This document shows positions 10,516 to 19,110 of a stretch of 64,000 nucleotides of DNA, piece by piece. The translations under genes were made by a program, and so were the position numbers. Under the pieces are notes generated by a model, which was not told where the DNA came from, ran no database searches, and was given only the letters and a program-made list of their open reading frames with translations. Each line of letters opens with the position of its first letter. The stretch's first letter is position 1. The stretch is from a virus (lineage: Duplodnaviria > Caudoviricetes). Location of the stretch: IMG/VR virus record IMGVR_UViG_3300032132_000748. One strand, written 5' to 3'.

Positions 10516-10886
10516 TGTACAAACTTAGAAAAGATAAGCACGGATTTTGGGTTAATTTAGATATTTCTACGGTTGGGTCGGGAGATGAGAATGATAGGAG
10601 ATGGAGATTTGAGGCAGCACGTCAACTTCTGTTACTTGTAATGACTGAAGAAAAAGCTGACCAGTTAATACAAAAATCACTTATCAACTCCGAGTGGTAT
10701 GACAGAACTAGAACAATAATTCTCCCAGAACCTTTTGAAATTGAAGGGTCCCCATTCTCTTTGATTCATGTTCGCACTACAGGGCACGGACCTGATTCTG
10801 TTTCTTCTGCATCAGCAGGTAGAGAACCAGTGCGGGCTTTGTCAACAGAAGGGTTAGAAGGGTATACCCCTTATGAAAGCTTATAA
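10515..10886 (+). CDS. Hypothetical protein
   Basis: TGATG coupling to upstream gene. Confidence 0.6.
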   Translation: MYKLRKDKHGFWVNLDISTVGSGDENDRRWRFEAARQLLLLVMTEEKADQLIQKSLINSEWYDRTRTIILPEPFEIEGSPFSLIHVRTTGHGPDSVSSASAGREPVRALSTEGLEGYTPYESL

Positions 10887-11517
10887 AGAAATAACTAAAA
10901 ATACGTATAATAGCCGAGCTGATGAAATATCAGCTCGATTTGCTTCATATTTCTCTATCTACAGAGAACCCGTGATCGGTAAATTTCTAAAATTTCTACC
11001 GGATTCAGATGAATTTTCTATCCTAGATATAGGATGTGGTAGTGGTGATGCTGCTGCTTATGTTAGTGAACGTCTTGCTAATAAATTTAAGAAGTTAAAC
11101 TTAATAGGAATTGACATATCTGCAGGAATGCTTCGTAAGGCTAAAGAAAAAGGTGTTACAACCCTCCAAATGGATATTGAACACCTCGCTTTTGTCCCCG
11201 AGAGCTTCGATGCTTGCTGGGCTATGAACTCTTTGCTTCACTTACCAAAAAGTAACGTCCCAAAAGTTATAAATCAGATAGTGAATATCCTCAAGCCCAG
11301 GGGAACACTATTTGTTTCTATGAAAAAAGGTGAAGGTGAGGGGTTCGTTGAGGCTCCTGAGTTGGAGCAGCGATTTTATTCCTTTTGGCAAAAGGACGAG
11401 TTCTTAGATCTAACTGAAGATTTTGAGTTGTTAGATTTTGATGAGACTAAGAGAGCGGACAATACTTTTCTTAATTTCTATTTGAAGAAACTGGCTGTAC
11501 ATGACAAAAGCCAGTAG
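10873..11517 (+). CDS. Class I SAM-dependent methyltransferase
   Basis: ILDIGCGSG, GIDIS..ML, FDACWA..SLLH, LKPRG. Confidence 0.9.
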   Translation: MKAYKEITKNTYNSRADEISARFASYFSIYREPVIGKFLKFLPDSDEFSILDIGCGSGDAAAYVSERLANKFKKLNLIGIDISAGMLRKAKEKGVTTLQMDIEHLAFVPESFDACWAMNSLLHLPKSNVPKVINQIVNILKPRGTLFVSMKKGEGEGFVEAPELEQRFYSFWQKDEFLDLTEDFELLDFDETKRADNTFLNFYLKKLAVHDKSQ

Positions 11518-11535
11518 CTTTCACTACTGGCTTTG
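11506..11535. terminator. Intrinsic terminator between convergent genes
   Basis: AAAAGCCAGTAG-loop-CTACTGGCTTT inverted repeat. Confidence 0.75.
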
Positions 11536-11576
11536 CCTTCTTCCTTAGTGGAGTGCGAACTAGGTTCGCGACTAAA

Positions 11577-12134
11577 CTAGTGGACCTCGCGCTTGAAGAA
11601 ACCGTCGAGGTAAACACTAAGTGCTACTGTGGCGGACAAAGTCTGAGGTGTTGGAAGGTTTACTTCACAACGGAAGTTTTGCTGTGGGATCAAGTCAATG
11701 GGCTCGGCCAAGACGTAGATACCACGTTGGTCAGGACGACCGTTGGTTACTGAAACAACGTCAGTAGAACCAGCGGCAACACCGTCAAGACCGACACCAG
11801 CGGTCAACATGAAAAGGTTGACAACTAGATAGTCCTTAGTTCCGATGAAAAGACGGAACCAAGCGTTGTTGAAGATAGCGTTGAGGTCGGCAACAGCACT
11901 GTCGTACTGGTTGATTAAACGGATTGCGTGAATCTCAAAGTTCTTCGGGTATGGCAGGCTTCCACCCTGGTCCATATTGGTTTGAACTTGTGTCTTAGGT
12001 AGCACGCCACCTGGGGTAGTTCCACCGAGTGGAACCTGGAAGAAGTTCAATTGTGAAGTACCACTTGTAGCGACGGTGTTACGGTCGTATAGTGGTTGTT
12101 GGATGCGTTCTAGCAATCCTGGAATACGAGGCAT
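11577..12134 (-). CDS. Putative major capsid protein B (single jelly-roll type, inferred)
   Basis: 185 aa, beta-rich, near-identical to the adjacent gene, strong AAGGAG RBS, last gene of the structural block. Confidence 0.6.
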   Translation of the reverse strand: MPRIPGLLERIQQPLYDRNTVATSGTSQLNFFQVPLGGTTPGGVLPKTQVQTNMDQGGSLPYPKNFEIHAIRLINQYDSAVADLNAIFNNAWFRLFIGTKDYLVVNLFMLTAGVGLDGVAAGSTDVVSVTNGRPDQRGIYVLAEPIDLIPQQNFRCEVNLPTPQTLSATVALSVYLDGFFKREVH

Positions 12135-12248
12135 ATGTATTCTCCTTTTTTTTACTTTTATTTACTTGTTTATGCCGCTCACTCCGAAGAGTGAGCTCAT
12201 AAACCCTTTTACTTCTTATTTACAAACAACGTCTGTAAATAAATCCAA

Positions 12249-12818
12249 TTAGTGGACCTCACGTTTGAAGAATCCATCCAAGTATACACTTAGATCGACG
12301 CTTGCAGTTAGAGGAGCACCAGCAGCAAATGGCGTTGGGAAATTAATTTCGCAACGGAAGTTCTGCTGAGGAATCAAGTCAATTGGCTCGGCCAATACAT
12401 AGATTCCACGTTGGTCTGGACGACCGTTAACAACTGAAACAACGTCGGTTGTTCCTGCTGCTACACCGTCAAGTCCAACTCCAGCAGTAAGCATGAAGGA
12501 GTTAACAACTAGATAGTCCTTAGTTCCGATAAAGAGACGGAACCATGAGCTGTCATAAATGCGGTTAAGGTCTGCAACCTCAGCACCGTATTCGTTGATT
12601 AGACGGATAGCATGAATCTCGAAGTTCTTCGGGTAAGGAAGACTTCCTCCTTGATCCATGTTTGTTTGTACCTGCGTTTTAGCAGTTACTGATCCAGCTG
12701 CGGCTCCACCAAGTGGGACTTGGAAGTAATTTAGCTGGCCGGTGCCGCTCGTTGCAACCGTGTTACGGTCGTAGAGAGGCTGTTGAATGCGTTCTAGCAA
12801 TCCTGGAATACGAGGCAT
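12249..12818 (-). CDS. Putative major capsid protein A (single jelly-roll type, inferred)
   Basis: 189 aa; first 26 residues identical to 11577..12134; AGGTGG RBS. Confidence 0.6.
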   Translation of the reverse strand: MPRIPGLLERIQQPLYDRNTVATSGTGQLNYFQVPLGGAAAGSVTAKTQVQTNMDQGGSLPYPKNFEIHAIRLINEYGAEVADLNRIYDSSWFRLFIGTKDYLVVNSFMLTAGVGLDGVAAGTTDVVSVVNGRPDQRGIYVLAEPIDLIPQQNFRCEINFPTPFAAGAPLTASVDLSVYLDGFFKREVH

Positions 12819-12941
12819 ATTGCCACCTTTCCTTTTTTATAAAATTAGCTTCGCACCGATTTCGGTTTGGACATACGAAGTTTTTAAACTACCCTAAGTA
12901 ACAGTATAAATACTGTCCGTATTACTCAGGACCTGTTGACT

Positions 12942-13895
12942 TTATTCAAAGTCGGCGGCAGCGGCGGTGTCCCACAATGATCCGTCAAGACCTTCGTAGC
13001 CACCATAGTGCCCTGCACTGTGTTTCATTGTATCGGCAACTTGCTGATCACGGGGGTTAGCAGTCTCTGGGACGAATCCTGCAAGACCTGATTCCGCTTC
13101 GAAAGAACCGAGACGTTGTGAGTTGTAGATATCGCCTAGGGGCTCGTATCCACTTAGGAATGGGTTGTCCTCTGGATCAACTAAATCAGTTGCGGCAACA
13201 ACTGGTTGACCGAAGTAACCTTCCATGCCTGGAGCTACACCAGTGGTGAACTCGTCATAATATGCTTGTCCGTAAGGTGAGTAACCTTCAAACTCTTTTG
13301 ACCAGCTTCCCCATCCTGCGAGACCTTTAGCCTCAAGGAATCCTTCGACTGGTGCTTGTGCGATCTTCCAGAAACCGAGTGTCATAGCACCGATTGCTCC
13401 AGGGATTGCTGCTTGACGTAGGAAGTCACCAACGGTTCCTGCACCTAACATCTCAGAGATCTTTAGTGCAGCAACGCCGCCACCGATACCACTAGCAACA
13501 GCTAGAATACCTTGACCGACACTACCTTCGCCTACTCTTTCACCAAGTAGTTTACTGCCTATCGCTAGGACGGCACCGCCGCCAACTGCTGCGACACCAG
13601 CATACATAATGTTTTTTCCACCTTCACCTGCAACGCTCTTAACAAGGTCACCCATTGCTGGGTTACGACGACGACGTGACAATGGGTTACGACGTTTCTT
13701 GCTGCGGCTGCGGCTCCGGCTCTTTTTGCTTCGGCTTTTTTTTGCCTTGCGCTTTTTACTTGCCATTTTAGCCCTCTTTTTCATTTTCGGACCGTCTTCA
13801 TCATCTAGTGAATACGGGTTTACGATTAAAAGTTCTGGGTTTCGCCTTCTTTTCTTTTTGTTTGGGAGATTAGACGGATTTACCATATAAAACAT
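12942..13895 (-). CDS. Basic RRNP-motif virion core/membrane protein (putative)
   Basis: Repeated RRNP/VNP motifs, Arg/Lys/Ser-rich segment, Gly/Ala hydrophobic helices, acidic tail with G(L/M)xG(Y/F/W) motifs; GGAG RBS favours ATG 13895. Confidence 0.7.
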   Translation of the reverse strand: MFYMVNPSNLPNKKKRRRNPELLIVNPYSLDDEDGPKMKKRAKMASKKRKAKKSRSKKSRSRSRSKKRRNPLSRRRRNPAMGDLVKSVAGEGGKNIMYAGVAAVGGGAVLAIGSKLLGERVGEGSVGQGILAVASGIGGGVAALKISEMLGAGTVGDFLRQAAIPGAIGAMTLGFWKIAQAPVEGFLEAKGLAGWGSWSKEFEGYSPYGQAYYDEFTTGVAPGMEGYFGQPVVAATDLVDPEDNPFLSGYEPLGDIYNSQRLGSFEAESGLAGFVPETANPRDQQVADTMKHSAGHYGGYEGLDGSLWDTAAAADFE

Positions 13896-13911
13896 TGTTG
13901 TTTTCTCCAAT

Positions 13912-13952
13912 AAAAAAAGAGCATGTAGTAGGCTCTTCCCACTTCATGCTCT
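13912..13952 (-). terminator. Intrinsic terminator (attenuator-like) in the 5' leader of the capsid operon
   Basis: AGAGCAUG-A-AGUGGG-AAGAG-CCUACU-A-CAUGCUCU followed by a U run. Confidence 0.75.
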
Positions 13953-14026
13953 GTACTTCAGTCGCAAGATTATTTTATTTCTTTACCATCAAGACTCCGC
14001 ATGAACGGTTGTTCTTAACTTCCTCA

Positions 14027-14056
14027 ATCATAGTATAAGACGTAGTATCGTGTCAA
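14027..14056 (-). promoter_or_regulatory. Sigma70-type promoter for the capsid operon
   Basis: TTGACA-18 nt-TATGAT with upstream A tracts. Confidence 0.7.
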
Positions 14057-14081
14057 CACTTTTTTTGAGTTTTTTTTACAT

Positions 14082-14116
14082 AAAAAAAGGGCGGCGAATT
14101 AACACCGCCCTTTTTT
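14082..14116. terminator. Bidirectional intrinsic terminator
   Basis: A7-GGGCGG...CCGCCC-T6. Confidence 0.85.
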
Positions 14117-14131
14117 ATAGAAAACTAAGGC

Positions 14132-15037
14132 TTATTCTGGTTCCTGATCACCGGGAGGTGTCGGAGGACCTGGGCATTGGCAATTAACACCGAAGGTAAG
14201 TAGTCTTCTTACAGGTAAACTACCGAATCCTGAGCCACCTCGACCAGCAACCCATTGTTGGCATTGTGAAGTAGTTTGTCCATTACCACCACCGACAGCA
14301 GAGAACTTGTGTTTTGCGGTGTTGTTAGTTCCACCAACAACAGTTGCAAACTCGCACTCAACTCGGTTTTCGCAGCTAAAGACAACGCTTAGAGGTCCAT
14401 CGAGATGGTTAAATGCACCACCACAAATACCTCCGTAGCTAGTCCACTGTGAATCACGCCCAACAATAATGTTGTGAGATCCTGTGCGCTCTGGGGCCTT
14501 TCCGAACAATCCAGCAAACCCTGCATCTTCGTTATAACCCATAATTAGGTTACCTAAGCTGTTGGTTGTAGCTGTAGTTCCTTCACCGTTCTTAATTTGA
14601 ACGTTAGTTCCACTAAAACAAGTGGTTGTCCCATCAACGCTCTGGAATTGAGTTTTGGTCTCAAGAGTTTCTATTCTTGTATTATGGGTATCTTTACATT
14701 CCTCTAATACAGTAATACTAGAAACAACTGCGACACACTTCTCTTGAAGTGCAGTGATGTTCGTTTCGTTGGTTTCAATTTTATTGATGTGTTGGTTAAC
14801 AAGGTCTATAAATGCATTTACTTGCGCGGGGTCTAGCCCAGCCAGTAATTCGATCGCAGTGCAGTTGCCCTGAATCTTAGCATCTAATAGTGCAAAGTTT
14901 TCATTTACTTGTGCTGATGAAATTACTTCACCAGGACTGAATATATGAAGACCTCCTGCAGGGACTGCCGCCCACGCAACGCTAGCGACAAGCATACCTG
15001 CCAAAGCACCTCCAAAAAATGTTTTTCTATTTTTCAT
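14132..15037 (-). CDS. Secreted protein with coiled coil and Gly-rich beta-helix-like repeats
   Basis: Signal peptide (AWA-A), VNENF motif, heptad region, VVGG..N.A repeats. Confidence 0.75.
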   Translation of the reverse strand: MKNRKTFFGGALAGMLVASVAWAAVPAGGLHIFSPGEVISSAQVNENFALLDAKIQGNCTAIELLAGLDPAQVNAFIDLVNQHINKIETNETNITALQEKCVAVVSSITVLEECKDTHNTRIETLETKTQFQSVDGTTTCFSGTNVQIKNGEGTTATTNSLGNLIMGYNEDAGFAGLFGKAPERTGSHNIIVGRDSQWTSYGGICGGAFNHLDGPLSVVFSCENRVECEFATVVGGTNNTAKHKFSAVGGGNGQTTSQCQQWVAGRGGSGFGSLPVRRLLTFGVNCQCPGPPTPPGDQEPE

Positions 15038-15066
15038 TTAATAAATAATCTCCTTAATGATTGTTA

Positions 15067-15231
15067 TTAATTGCCCCAGACAGAATTGTCCCATCCAGTT
15101 TGATCCCATTTAGCTACGTCTAATCCTTTAGGATCAGTAGGTGCTGATGGGCGTCGCTTTCTATCACCACAACCGGGTAGAAAGAGGCAAATAGTTGTTA
15201 AAAGCACACAGCTACGTAAAAAGTTCTTCAT
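15067..15231 (-). CDS. Small lipoprotein (54 aa) with C-terminal WDxxxWDxxxW motif
   Basis: Not in ORF track: MKNFLRSCVLLTTICLFLPGCGDRKRR...KWDQTGWDNSVWGN*; GGAG RBS; LPGC lipobox. Confidence 0.7.
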   Translation of the reverse strand: MKNFLRSCVLLTTICLFLPGCGDRKRRPSAPTDPKGLDVAKWDQTGWDNSVWGN

Positions 15232-15306
15232 GTAAAAATATACTCCCTCCTAAGACACTAGGGTAATAGAAAAAGACCTATCTTCAAGTTCGGGACAGCA
15301 ATTTAC

Positions 15307-15336
15307 AAAAAAAGGGTGAGTCTTTCGACCCACCCT
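15307..15336 (-). terminator. Intrinsic terminator
   Basis: GGGTG/CACCC stem with U7 on the minus strand, after gene 15361..15720. Confidence 0.7.
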
Positions 15337-15360
15337 GCTTACTTTATATAGAAACTTATT

Positions 15361-15720
15361 TTAAGAGCGTTTTCTTAACTTCTCGGTTTTGTTAAATCCT
15401 TCTATTTTAGAATCTTTCAATAAAATAGTTAACTGCTGAAAAGGTTTACTTCTAATATGATTGATAGTTAGTATTTCATCAGGCGATAGTTTTAAAGGAA
15501 CACCTGGTTTAAGGTTTACTTTATTAATTAAACTAAAAACTAGACCGCCACCTTTTTTACGCCTATACTTTAATGTTTGATTAACAGAAGATATTACTCC
15601 ATCTTGTAGCTGTACTACAATCTCCTGGTAAGCAAATCTACGCATCATAGTGATGACATCAATTTCTTCAGGAGCAAGCTTCAAGCTTTTGAATGCTGTA
15701 GCGGTTGTTTTTCCAGTCAT
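15361..15720 (-). CDS. Tandem DUF2292/YezD-like domain protein
   Basis: Two internal repeats: LAPEE..VI..MR...YQEIVV.LQDG.I..VN.T.KYR and LSPDE..TI..IR...FQQLTI.LKDS.I...N.TEKLR. Confidence 0.65.
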   Translation of the reverse strand: MTGKTTATAFKSLKLAPEEIDVITMMRRFAYQEIVVQLQDGVISSVNQTLKYRRKKGGGLVFSLINKVNLKPGVPLKLSPDEILTINHIRSKPFQQLTILLKDSKIEGFNKTEKLRKRS

Positions 15721-16367
15721 TATCCTATGATACCTCTTTCGGTAAACTCAAATTGTACACCATACATCACTAAAAAGTCTCTCTTCGGACTAAGACAAAC
15801 TATAGGCTTCTCTTTTGCTTCGGGAACACCGTCTCCTCGATCTTTTGCTGTGTGGATAAAGGGGACACCGCGTCTCTCTGAATATTCAGGAACACTATAT
15901 ACAATATGATTTAGATGACCCCAGAAAACTAACCAATCTGTGTCATCAGTCTCTACTTTTTTAATTTTATCGTGCTTCACGCCGTGGAAAGCTTCATGCA
16001 AATCTACAGCTTCTTTAATATCTTCGTGCTCAGGATCAATCCAAACGTCTCCTGTTATCTTATCTCCAGAAACTATTGCAACTACTTTGCCATCACCGGA
16101 GGCGGTTACGACCGCTTTCTTTTTAGATTTTATTAATCCAAGCGAATCTATTTTTGCTTCTGCAGGGGTTTCACACTCCAGTTCTTCGAGTTCTCCGACT
16201 AATAAAAACCCTTTAGGCATATTATTAATATCGAACTCACATTGAAGTTCTTTCTTTTTACCACTAAATCGTGCTTCACCTCTAATACGGCCAGACGTAT
16301 AGGGAGACACAACTTTGTTAGATCTTTCTGCTAATGCTGGATTTTTACGTTTACGTCTTTTTCGCAC
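15720..16367 (-). CDS. Hypothetical virion-associated protein with N-terminal RKRKNP motif
   Basis: Basic N-terminus ending in NP; coupled within the structural block. Confidence 0.7.
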   Translation of the reverse strand: MRKRRKRKNPALAERSNKVVSPYTSGRIRGEARFSGKKKELQCEFDINNMPKGFLLVGELEELECETPAEAKIDSLGLIKSKKKAVVTASGDGKVVAIVSGDKITGDVWIDPEHEDIKEAVDLHEAFHGVKHDKIKKVETDDTDWLVFWGHLNHIVYSVPEYSERRGVPFIHTAKDRGDGVPEAKEKPIVCLSPKRDFLVMYGVQFEFTERGIIG

Positions 16368-16376
16368 AGGGCCACC

Positions 16377-16592
16377 TTATCTATTAAGTAATTTGTAAGC
16401 TACTACTAGTATAAATAAAGTACCTAAAAGCCCAAATGATTTTTTAGTTTCAGTGACTCTTTTGGCCTCTTCAGAGCCAAGCTGCCACCCATCTAGAGCT
16501 GCGTGTCTAGCATGAATTCGTTGTTCCGGTTTAGCCTTCAAGCCCATACCCAGAGATAAATTATCTAAGTTTCCAAACATATTACCTCGCAT
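16377..16592 (-). CDS. Small membrane protein (structural block)
   Basis: C-terminal TM helix, LG motifs. Confidence 0.6.
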   Translation of the reverse strand: MRGNMFGNLDNLSLGMGLKAKPEQRIHARHAALDGWQLGSEEAKRVTETKKSFGLLGTLFILVVAYKLLNR

Positions 16593-16938
16593 GTTTTAGC
16601 CTCTTCAGCTTTTTAGCCATCATGGCTATTTTTTTCTTTTGTTGATCTTGTTTATATAGCAATAAAGCAACACCTAATAATAGCAAAAGTATCACACCTA
16701 TAGTCAACATTTTCTTATTCTGGAGTAAACCAGAAAATTGCCCCAACCCTGCTAAGGTGTTAGGGCTTTTAAAAACATTTATAATGGGTGTTGGTGCTTG
16801 TTGCGGCACTACAGGACCCGTTCTTTGTTTTGAAACTTTATTTCCCAAGGCTTTCATTTCTTTGAGAGCCTTGATCATTTCAGGATGTTTACTTGGATCT
16901 TCTCCCCCAAACATGGGTTGAAATGGGAAATTTTTCAT
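16582..16938 (-). CDS. Membrane protein with TM helix and basic tail
   Basis: LAGLGQF motif, TM helix, Lys-rich C-terminus. Confidence 0.7.
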   Translation of the reverse strand: MKNFPFQPMFGGEDPSKHPEMIKALKEMKALGNKVSKQRTGPVVPQQAPTPIINVFKSPNTLAGLGQFSGLLQNKKMLTIGVILLLLLGVALLLYKQDQQKKKIAMMAKKLKRLKHAR

Positions 16939-16943
16939 ATGTT

Positions 16944-17984
16944 TTATTTACGCTTCCTGCGGCGCTTATTTCTCTTAGCGGCAGCGGCAACTTTTTGTTT
17001 GTTCTTATACCACCAGATAACACCGACAATAGCAAGACCTGCTGCAGCAAAACCAATATACTTGGTTGCGCCACCGCCATGGAAGTCTCCTAGACCGGCA
17101 AGACCTTGACTCTTGTTGATATTTGAAAGAAGTTTTTTGCCTAAGGCCATATCCTTCTCGGCTTTAATCTGAGCTTTTTCACCCATGCCAAGCTTGGCCC
17201 CAACAGCACCTACTGCTTTATTAAGCATAGCACCAAAACCACCTGTTTTTGGAAGTGATGGGTTTATTAGCCAGCCAATGTTACTTTCTATTTCGGCACG
17301 CTGTAGATCTAAATACCGCATATTAGTTTTCTTACGTCGTTTGAGCATTTCAGTTGCGAGATTATAATAATCTTGTTTAACACTCATTGGAGTATCGTCT
17401 CCTACAACAGCTACTGCTTTTGCGAGAGCCTTAATTAATCCGGTTTCAGTATTAGATTTTGAAGCTTTGTGGAAATAGGTGTGAAAACTTTCAAGAGGTG
17501 TGTCTCCTAGACCACCATAACCGTCAAAAGCATCGTCATCATCGTCATCATCGTCGTCAATGCCTGCTTCTTTTGCAGTTCTAGAAATCATAGCAGACCC
17601 CATACCTTCGTAACCTGCGAAAGCGTCGTCCTGCGTTCCTGCGAAAGCGTCGTCTTCTATTCCGCCGAAGCTCATACCTTCAGCGCCAGCCATGTTCATG
17701 TCTGGACCTTCAATGGAGTAGCTGTTTTTCTGAGCCAGCCTAGACAACGCTTTGGTTCCTAGGTTACCACCGCTGGTTAAGGACTGTTCCATTTCTTGCA
17801 AATAATCTGCATAGGGCTCATATCCTGCGAGTCCCTGCAATCCTGCAGGAAGTCTATTACTGTTTTGTTCGGCGATACGGGCGATGTTGTTGGTGGTTTG
17901 CTTTTGCCCAGTTACAGCAGAACCAAACCCTTCACCCATTTGATATTCAGCAAAGCTGTCACTGTCTGATCTATTATAGGCCAT
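16944..17984 (-). CDS. GLG-motif-rich membrane protein with acidic linkers and basic tail
   Basis: Many xG(L/M)G / (F/L)AGY motifs, C-terminal TM helix then KRNKRRRKRK. Confidence 0.8.
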   Translation of the reverse strand: MAYNRSDSDSFAEYQMGEGFGSAVTGQKQTTNNIARIAEQNSNRLPAGLQGLAGYEPYADYLQEMEQSLTSGGNLGTKALSRLAQKNSYSIEGPDMNMAGAEGMSFGGIEDDAFAGTQDDAFAGYEGMGSAMISRTAKEAGIDDDDDDDDDAFDGYGGLGDTPLESFHTYFHKASKSNTETGLIKALAKAVAVVGDDTPMSVKQDYYNLATEMLKRRKKTNMRYLDLQRAEIESNIGWLINPSLPKTGGFGAMLNKAVGAVGAKLGMGEKAQIKAEKDMALGKKLLSNINKSQGLAGLGDFHGGGATKYIGFAAAGLAIVGVIWWYKNKQKVAAAAKRNKRRRKRK

Positions 17985-17986
17985 GG

Positions 17987-18712
17987 TTACTCCTTAGTTT
18001 TCCTTGATTTTATCAAATAATATATTGCGGTTGCTATTATTATACCGAAAATTAAATTTGAATGTGAGTGGCTGGAATCTTCAAAAGTTCCATCCAAGTT
18101 AAATATTTTTTTTGTTGCATACTTAGGCGCTTCCCAGCCCATTTTAGCTCCCGGAACAGAGCCATCCAAACCAATCCACTTATTGTTGATTTTAGTTTGG
18201 ATATAAATATGTGAATAATCTTCCTTGTCTTTATAGTTATTTCCAATAATGACAATTCTTACCGGGTGTCCGATGGACTGTAATAATGCTCCTGTTAGGA
18301 TGACAAAATCATCGCAGTCTGCAGCTTTATTATGTCTGCGCAATAGTTCTCTAGCGCGGTGTACTGTTTCAACTCTGTGAATATCCTTAGTATAGCGCAG
18401 TCTTCTTACGACAAAATTATAAACAGCCTTTACTTCTTTTTTATAATCCTTTTCTGGAATATATTGCGTTATTTTTTCTGCGAGAGTTCGGATAACCATA
18501 TCCTTTTTACCCTCATCAATAAGCTTTTTAATTACCTCAACAGACTCATAGGTAGCGCGGCTACTCTCAGAGAGTTTGACGTGATAAGTTTTCATATCTT
18601 CTTTGGGCAAAAACTTATCAAGCCATGATGCTATACGCGCATATTCAGCATCGTAATCATCCACGTCTGGATTGATATCGCCAATGAATCTAGGTAACTT
18701 ATTTTGAGACAT
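17987..18712 (-). CDS. Transglutaminase-like cysteine protease with C-terminal membrane anchor
   Basis: ADCDD (Cys), YSHIY (His), WIGLDG (Asp) triad; C-terminal TM. Confidence 0.85.
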   Translation of the reverse strand: MSQNKLPRFIGDINPDVDDYDAEYARIASWLDKFLPKEDMKTYHVKLSESSRATYESVEVIKKLIDEGKKDMVIRTLAEKITQYIPEKDYKKEVKAVYNFVVRRLRYTKDIHRVETVHRARELLRRHNKAADCDDFVILTGALLQSIGHPVRIVIIGNNYKDKEDYSHIYIQTKINNKWIGLDGSVPGAKMGWEAPKYATKKIFNLDGTFEDSSHSHSNLIFGIIIATAIYYLIKSRKTKE

Positions 18713-18787
18713 ATAACACCAAATATTAGTATAGCAAAATATTATTGATTTGAATCAAGTTTCCACTATACGAAAATAAATCCGTGA

Positions 18788-19108
18788 TTATGGACGCTTT
18801 GGCTGTCCTCCAAGACCGCCTAGCAGGGGTCCTAAAGTTCCCAAATTGCCCATTAACTTAGTTATGATTTCAAACGACTTAACTTTTTCGTATAGATCTT
18901 TAATGCCAGTAGCTACTTGATCAAAAACCTCATTAGTTGACTTAATGGTTTCGTTAAGTGTTTCGATATTTTCGCACATCTTTGATGAAGTTTCTTCTTG
19001 TTTTTTAACTTGATCCTCTAACTTCTCTAATCTAGTTGATAGAGATTCAAATTTATTTACTAACAAGGTTACTAGCTCGTCTGAATCGTGACTCTTGGAA
19101 TCTACCAT
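18788..19108 (-). CDS. Coiled-coil hypothetical protein
   Basis: Heptad pattern; GGAG RBS. Confidence 0.7.
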   Translation of the reverse strand: MVDSKSHDSDELVTLLVNKFESLSTRLEKLEDQVKKQEETSSKMCENIETLNETIKSTNEVFDQVATGIKDLYEKVKSFEIITKLMGNLGTLGPLLGGLGGQPKRP

Positions 19109-19110
19109 TA

